Source: Octopus bimaculoides (Eukaryota). Taken from it: a stretch of 64,000 nucleotides of DNA. Location: the NCBI RefSeq assembly GCF_001194135.2, contig NC_068983.1:3628387-3692386 (forward strand), read 5' to 3'. Every line of letters begins with the position of its first letter. Within the stretch, counting starts at the first letter, position 1. The position numbers were made by a program, and so were the translations under genes. Of the stretch, positions 60,005 to 64,000 are shown in pieces. Below the pieces are notes generated by a model that saw nothing but the letters and a program-made list of their open reading frames with translations, did no database searches and was not told the DNA's origin.

Positions 60005-61343
60005 CTATATATAAAACAGAGATGCGTGTGTAATCGCTTTTCGCGTGAAATCGACTTCACCAAATGCTTCCATACTTGTAATGCATGAATAATTTGACCT
60101 TGGATAAATCTTAGGCTCTTCATTTGATTTTTTTAATTAAAAAAAAATAATATTGCTTTATATTTAAGATTCACTTCTTTAAAAAGGTTCCTCAACGTCA
60201 ACTTCCGGTATTGACGTAACAACCGCAAAAAACTTCACTTTCTATTTTGTGTGTTCGTGTGTATGAGAGATAGAGAGAGAGTAAATACTACATACACACT
60301 GCTCTCTCACTCTGTCTCACACACATACACACGCACACACACACCTTGACTCACTCACACTCTGTCTCTTACAAACACACACATACATAAATGTATACAA
60401 ACATATTTACAAAGACACACGTGTGTATNNNNNNNNNNNNNNNNNNNNNNNNNNNNNNNNNNNNNNNNNNNNNNNNNNNNNNNNNNNNNNNNNNNNNNNN
60501 NNNNNNNNNNNNNNNNNNNNNNNNNNNNNNNNNNNNNNNNNNNNNNNNNNNNNNNNNNNNNNNNNNNNNNNNNNNNNNNNNNNNNNNNNNNNNNNNNNNN
60601 NNNNNNNNNNNNNNNNNNNNNNNNNNNNNNNNNNNNNNNNNNNNNNNNNNNNNNNNNNNNNNNNNNNNNNNNNNNNNNNNNNNNNNNNNNNNNNNNNNNN
60701 NNNNNNNNNNNNNNNNNNNNNNNNNNNNNNNNNNNNNNNNNNNNNNNNNNNNNNNNNNNNNNNNNNNNNNNNNNNNNNNNNNNNNNNNNNNNNNNNNNNN
60801 NNNNNNNNNNNNNNNNNNNNNNNNNNNNNNNNNNNNNNNNNNNNNNNNNNNNNNNNNNNNNNNNNNNNNNNNNNNNNNNNNNNNNNNNNNNNNNNNNNNN
60901 NNNNNNNNNNNNNNNNNNNNNNNNNNNNNNNNNNNNNNNNNNNNNNNNNNNNNNNNNNNNNNNNNNNNNNNNNNNNNNNNNNNNNNNNNNNNNNNNNNNN
61001 NNNNNNNNNNNNNNNNNNNNNNNNNNNNNNNNNNNNNNNNNNNNNNNNNNNNNNNNNNNNNNNNNNNNNNNNNNNNNNNNNNNNNNNNNNNNNNNNNNNN
61101 NNGCCAGTCCAGGGGTACTGGCAACGATCCCCATTTTAATTTTTGTAAAAGTTTCCAAGTACCAATGAGGCTTTTTGGCACATCTTCAATTTTCCCCATT
61201 CATGAGAGGTGCCCAGCCATCATTCATCTGAGAGTCCATCTACAGAATGTCCTCAAATTTCTATACAGCATATTTTGCCTTTTTTGTCTTCAAGTATATA
61301 AGCAACAATTTCATTCCCGAGCAACGCCGGGTGCCTCTGCTAG
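60005..61343 (+). mobile_element. Helitron-like element spanning a gap
   Basis: ctatatataaaacagag start next to the gap. Hairpin CCCGAGCAACGCCGGG plus CTAG|T at 61340-61344. A minus-strand 3' end of the same type lies at 53193-53220. Confidence 0.5.
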
Positions 61344-61714
61344 TATATATATATATATTATAGGCGCAAGCGTGGCTGTGTGGTAAAAAGCTTGCTTCCC
61401 ATGGTGTGCCCAGGCAAGTGGTTTCGACTATGGACCCCGGGCCTACCAAAACCTTGGGAATGGATTTGGTACAGGGAAACTGAAAGTAGCCCATTATGTG
61501 TATATATATATATAGAGAGAGAGAGAGAGACGAAACTTACTTGGAAAAAGGATGCATGGCATTCGATTATATAATAATATAAATAATATATGCATATGCA
61601 TATAATTAAATAAGTAACAGTTACGCACTGCGTCAATGTAATCGACTTAATCCCATTGTCTGTCCTTGTTTGTCCCCTCTGTGTTTAGCCCCCTGTGGGC
61701 AATGAAGAGATTAG

Positions 61715-61752
<38 letters not shown>

Positions 61753-61849
61753 TCTATAACAGAAAAAAAATCTGATCAAATATACGAGAGCATCATGGAT
61801 ACATTCGCAACATCATTGGTAACAAAGTGTAAGGAGTACTTCCTAGATT

Positions 61850-62055
61850 ACAACGACGAAGGTCCCAGCTGATCCGATCAACGGATCAGCTTGCTCGTGT
61901 AATAAATGTGCAAGTGGCTGAGCATTCCACAGACATGTGTACCCTTATCGTAGTTCTCAGGAAGATTCAGTGTGACAAGGCCAGCCCTTTCAAACACAGG
62001 TACAACTCATTTTTGCCTGCTGAATGGACTGGAGCAACGTGAAATAAAGTGTCTT
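61850..62055 (-). mobile_element. tRNA-SINE family 3 body/tail fragment
   Basis: Reverse complement of 32980-33170. Confidence 0.7.
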
Positions 62056-62639
62056 AACTTTATTAGTGTCTAACTTACATAATTCTACATGTGTATATGG
62101 ATATAAAGCGTACATATTGTGGAATGTTGAAATTAATAGCATGACATGGAGAAGATTATGAAACAATTGTAATCTTGTGGAAATCATATGGAAACAATAG
62201 ATCTGGGATCTTTTCTGCAAACATTAATAGCTGATAACTCTTTATTGATTTGTGGTGAAAATGATTTTCATGGTATTGATTCGCTTATAAAAGTGCATAA
62301 TTGCACTAAATGTGAAATCAATTCAAGCAGAAAGATCTTAAATTTGTATTCAACAATAATAACAGACTTTGAAGTAAAAATTATAGATAAACAAAACCAA
62401 ATATATCTACCACTTATCTTTAAAGTATTTGTTTATTTGGGTGGTTCTGTGAAATTCATTCAAGTGCATTAAACTAACAATCTTAATATCTGTTCTCCAT
62501 GCTGCTATGAGCTTGATAGTCTGACAGGTTGGCCAGCTGGAGAGCTGCTCCAGTTACCTGTTTTAGCATGGTTTATACAACTAGATATCCTTCCTAACAT
62601 AAACCACTTTACAGAGTGTACTGGGTGCTTTTTATGTGA

Positions 62640-63360
62640 CACCAGCACATGAGATTTTTATGTGGCACCAACTGGCCTATTGTTATGTGTATATAAGCAC
62701 CATTCGAGTGTGGCCGATGCTAATGTTGCTTGACTGGCACCTGTACCGGTGGCATGTAAAAAGCACCATTCGAGCATGGCCAATGTCAGTGCCTCCTGAC
62801 TGGCTCCTGTGCTGGTGGCACGTAAAAAGCATCCGCTACATTCTCAAAGTGGTTGGTGTTAGGAAGAACATCCAGCTGTAGAAACCTTGCCAGATCGGAT
62901 AGGAGTTTGGTGCAGCCTTCTGGCTTTCCAGACCTCAGTCAAACTGTCCGACCCATGCCAGCTTGGAAAGCAGACGTTAAAGGACGACAACAATGATGTG
63001 ATGACAATTAAAAATGGGTGTGAGATGTTGAATTATAGCCAGAGAGTGTGGAAAAGAGTTTGTAAAACAAAATGGAGTGATAGGTAATAAAGAAGTTTGT
63101 GAAGCACTTCATGATTCATGTCTTGTTGCACCTTCCTGGGACAACTGAAAAAGAGTTGAAAGGTAATGCTTCATTGATATTTTATTATAACCCAACACTC
63201 TCTGAGTGGTTGGCGTTAGGAAGGGCATCCAGCTGTAGAAACTAGATTGGAGCCTGGTGTTGCCATCCGGTTTCACCAGTCCTCAGTCAAATCGTCCAAC
63301 CCATGCTAGCATGGAAGGCGGACATTAAACGATGATGATGATGATGATGATGATGATTAT
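62640..63360 (+). mobile_element. Two RTE 3'-UTR copies with (GAT)n tails
   Basis: 62640-63005 and 63190-63360. Confidence 0.75.
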
Positions 63361-63374
63361 TATTGGTTTCAAAT

Positions 63375-63555
63375 TTTAGCACACAAGGCCAGCAATTTCA
63401 AGAGAAGGGCTAAGTCAGTTACATGACTGGTACTTATTGACCTCAAAAGAATGAAAGGTTAAGTCGACCTTGGTAGAGTTTGAACTCAGAACATAGTGAC
63501 GGGCGAAATACCACTAAGCATTTCGTCCAGCGTGCTAACAATTTTGCCAGTTCAC
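63375..63555 (-). mobile_element. tRNA-derived SINE, family 1
   Basis: Reverse complement of 8701-8890. Confidence 0.75.
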
Positions 63556-64000
63556 CACCTGTCTTTTATTATTATTGGTTATGGCTCTTGGTGAAAGCAT
63601 CAGTGCTTTGGATTTCCATTCCTTCAAAAGAATTTTTAAAAGAAGCTGTAAACTTTGACTTGAATTGTGGTCCAAAGACTGAAGCGAGGCAATCTCCATT
63701 GTGATGTAACATCCTCCTCTTGGAGTGGGTGGCGGGTAACAGCCAGAGGGAGAGAAAGCTACACTGGCAGGAAGTTGGTACTCAGAGCTGAGTAGAGTGA
63801 GCAAGGTCTTGAGGATACAATGCACTACCTGGTCCAAGATTTGAGCTCACAGCCTCATGCCCAGGAGCCCAAAACTCAAACCACTTGGCCACACATCTTC
63901 CTTTCACCCTCATAAATATTGTTATGCTGTACAGTTATATCTTTTAGCCTTCACTTGTTTCAGTCATTGGACTGTGGCCATGCTGGAGCACTGCCTTGAA

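Overview
Eukaryotic, repeat-dense genomic scaffold with 8 N-gaps. It is most likely an octopod cephalopod; this is inferred from the tRNA-SINE and RTE families and the extreme microsatellite load, not from a database search. Only two convincing host genes are present: a convergent pair of single-coding-exon LicD/fukutin-related type II membrane phosphotransferases (15575-16405 +, 27931-28746 -). Everything else recognisable is decayed mobile DNA: a Tx1/L1 LINE, RTE fragments, R4-like and HERO-like restriction-endonuclease LINE ends, Penelope-like elements, three tRNA-SINE families, hAT/Merlin-like/piggyBac/TA MITEs, Helitron ends, two diverged solo-LTR-like units and simple repeats. The most striking signal is RNA-structural. 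Three loci (23447-23510 +, 33985-34047 -, 59680-59742 +) carry a hammerhead ribozyme core whose three strands occur in a non-circularly permuted order, with covarying stems I and III. Minimal type-I hammerheads also occur in Penelope terminal repeats. A 104-nt miRNA/hpRNA-like hairpin lies at 39725-39828. All alignments and folds were done by eye, and repeat boundaries are approximate unless TIRs or TSDs are given.
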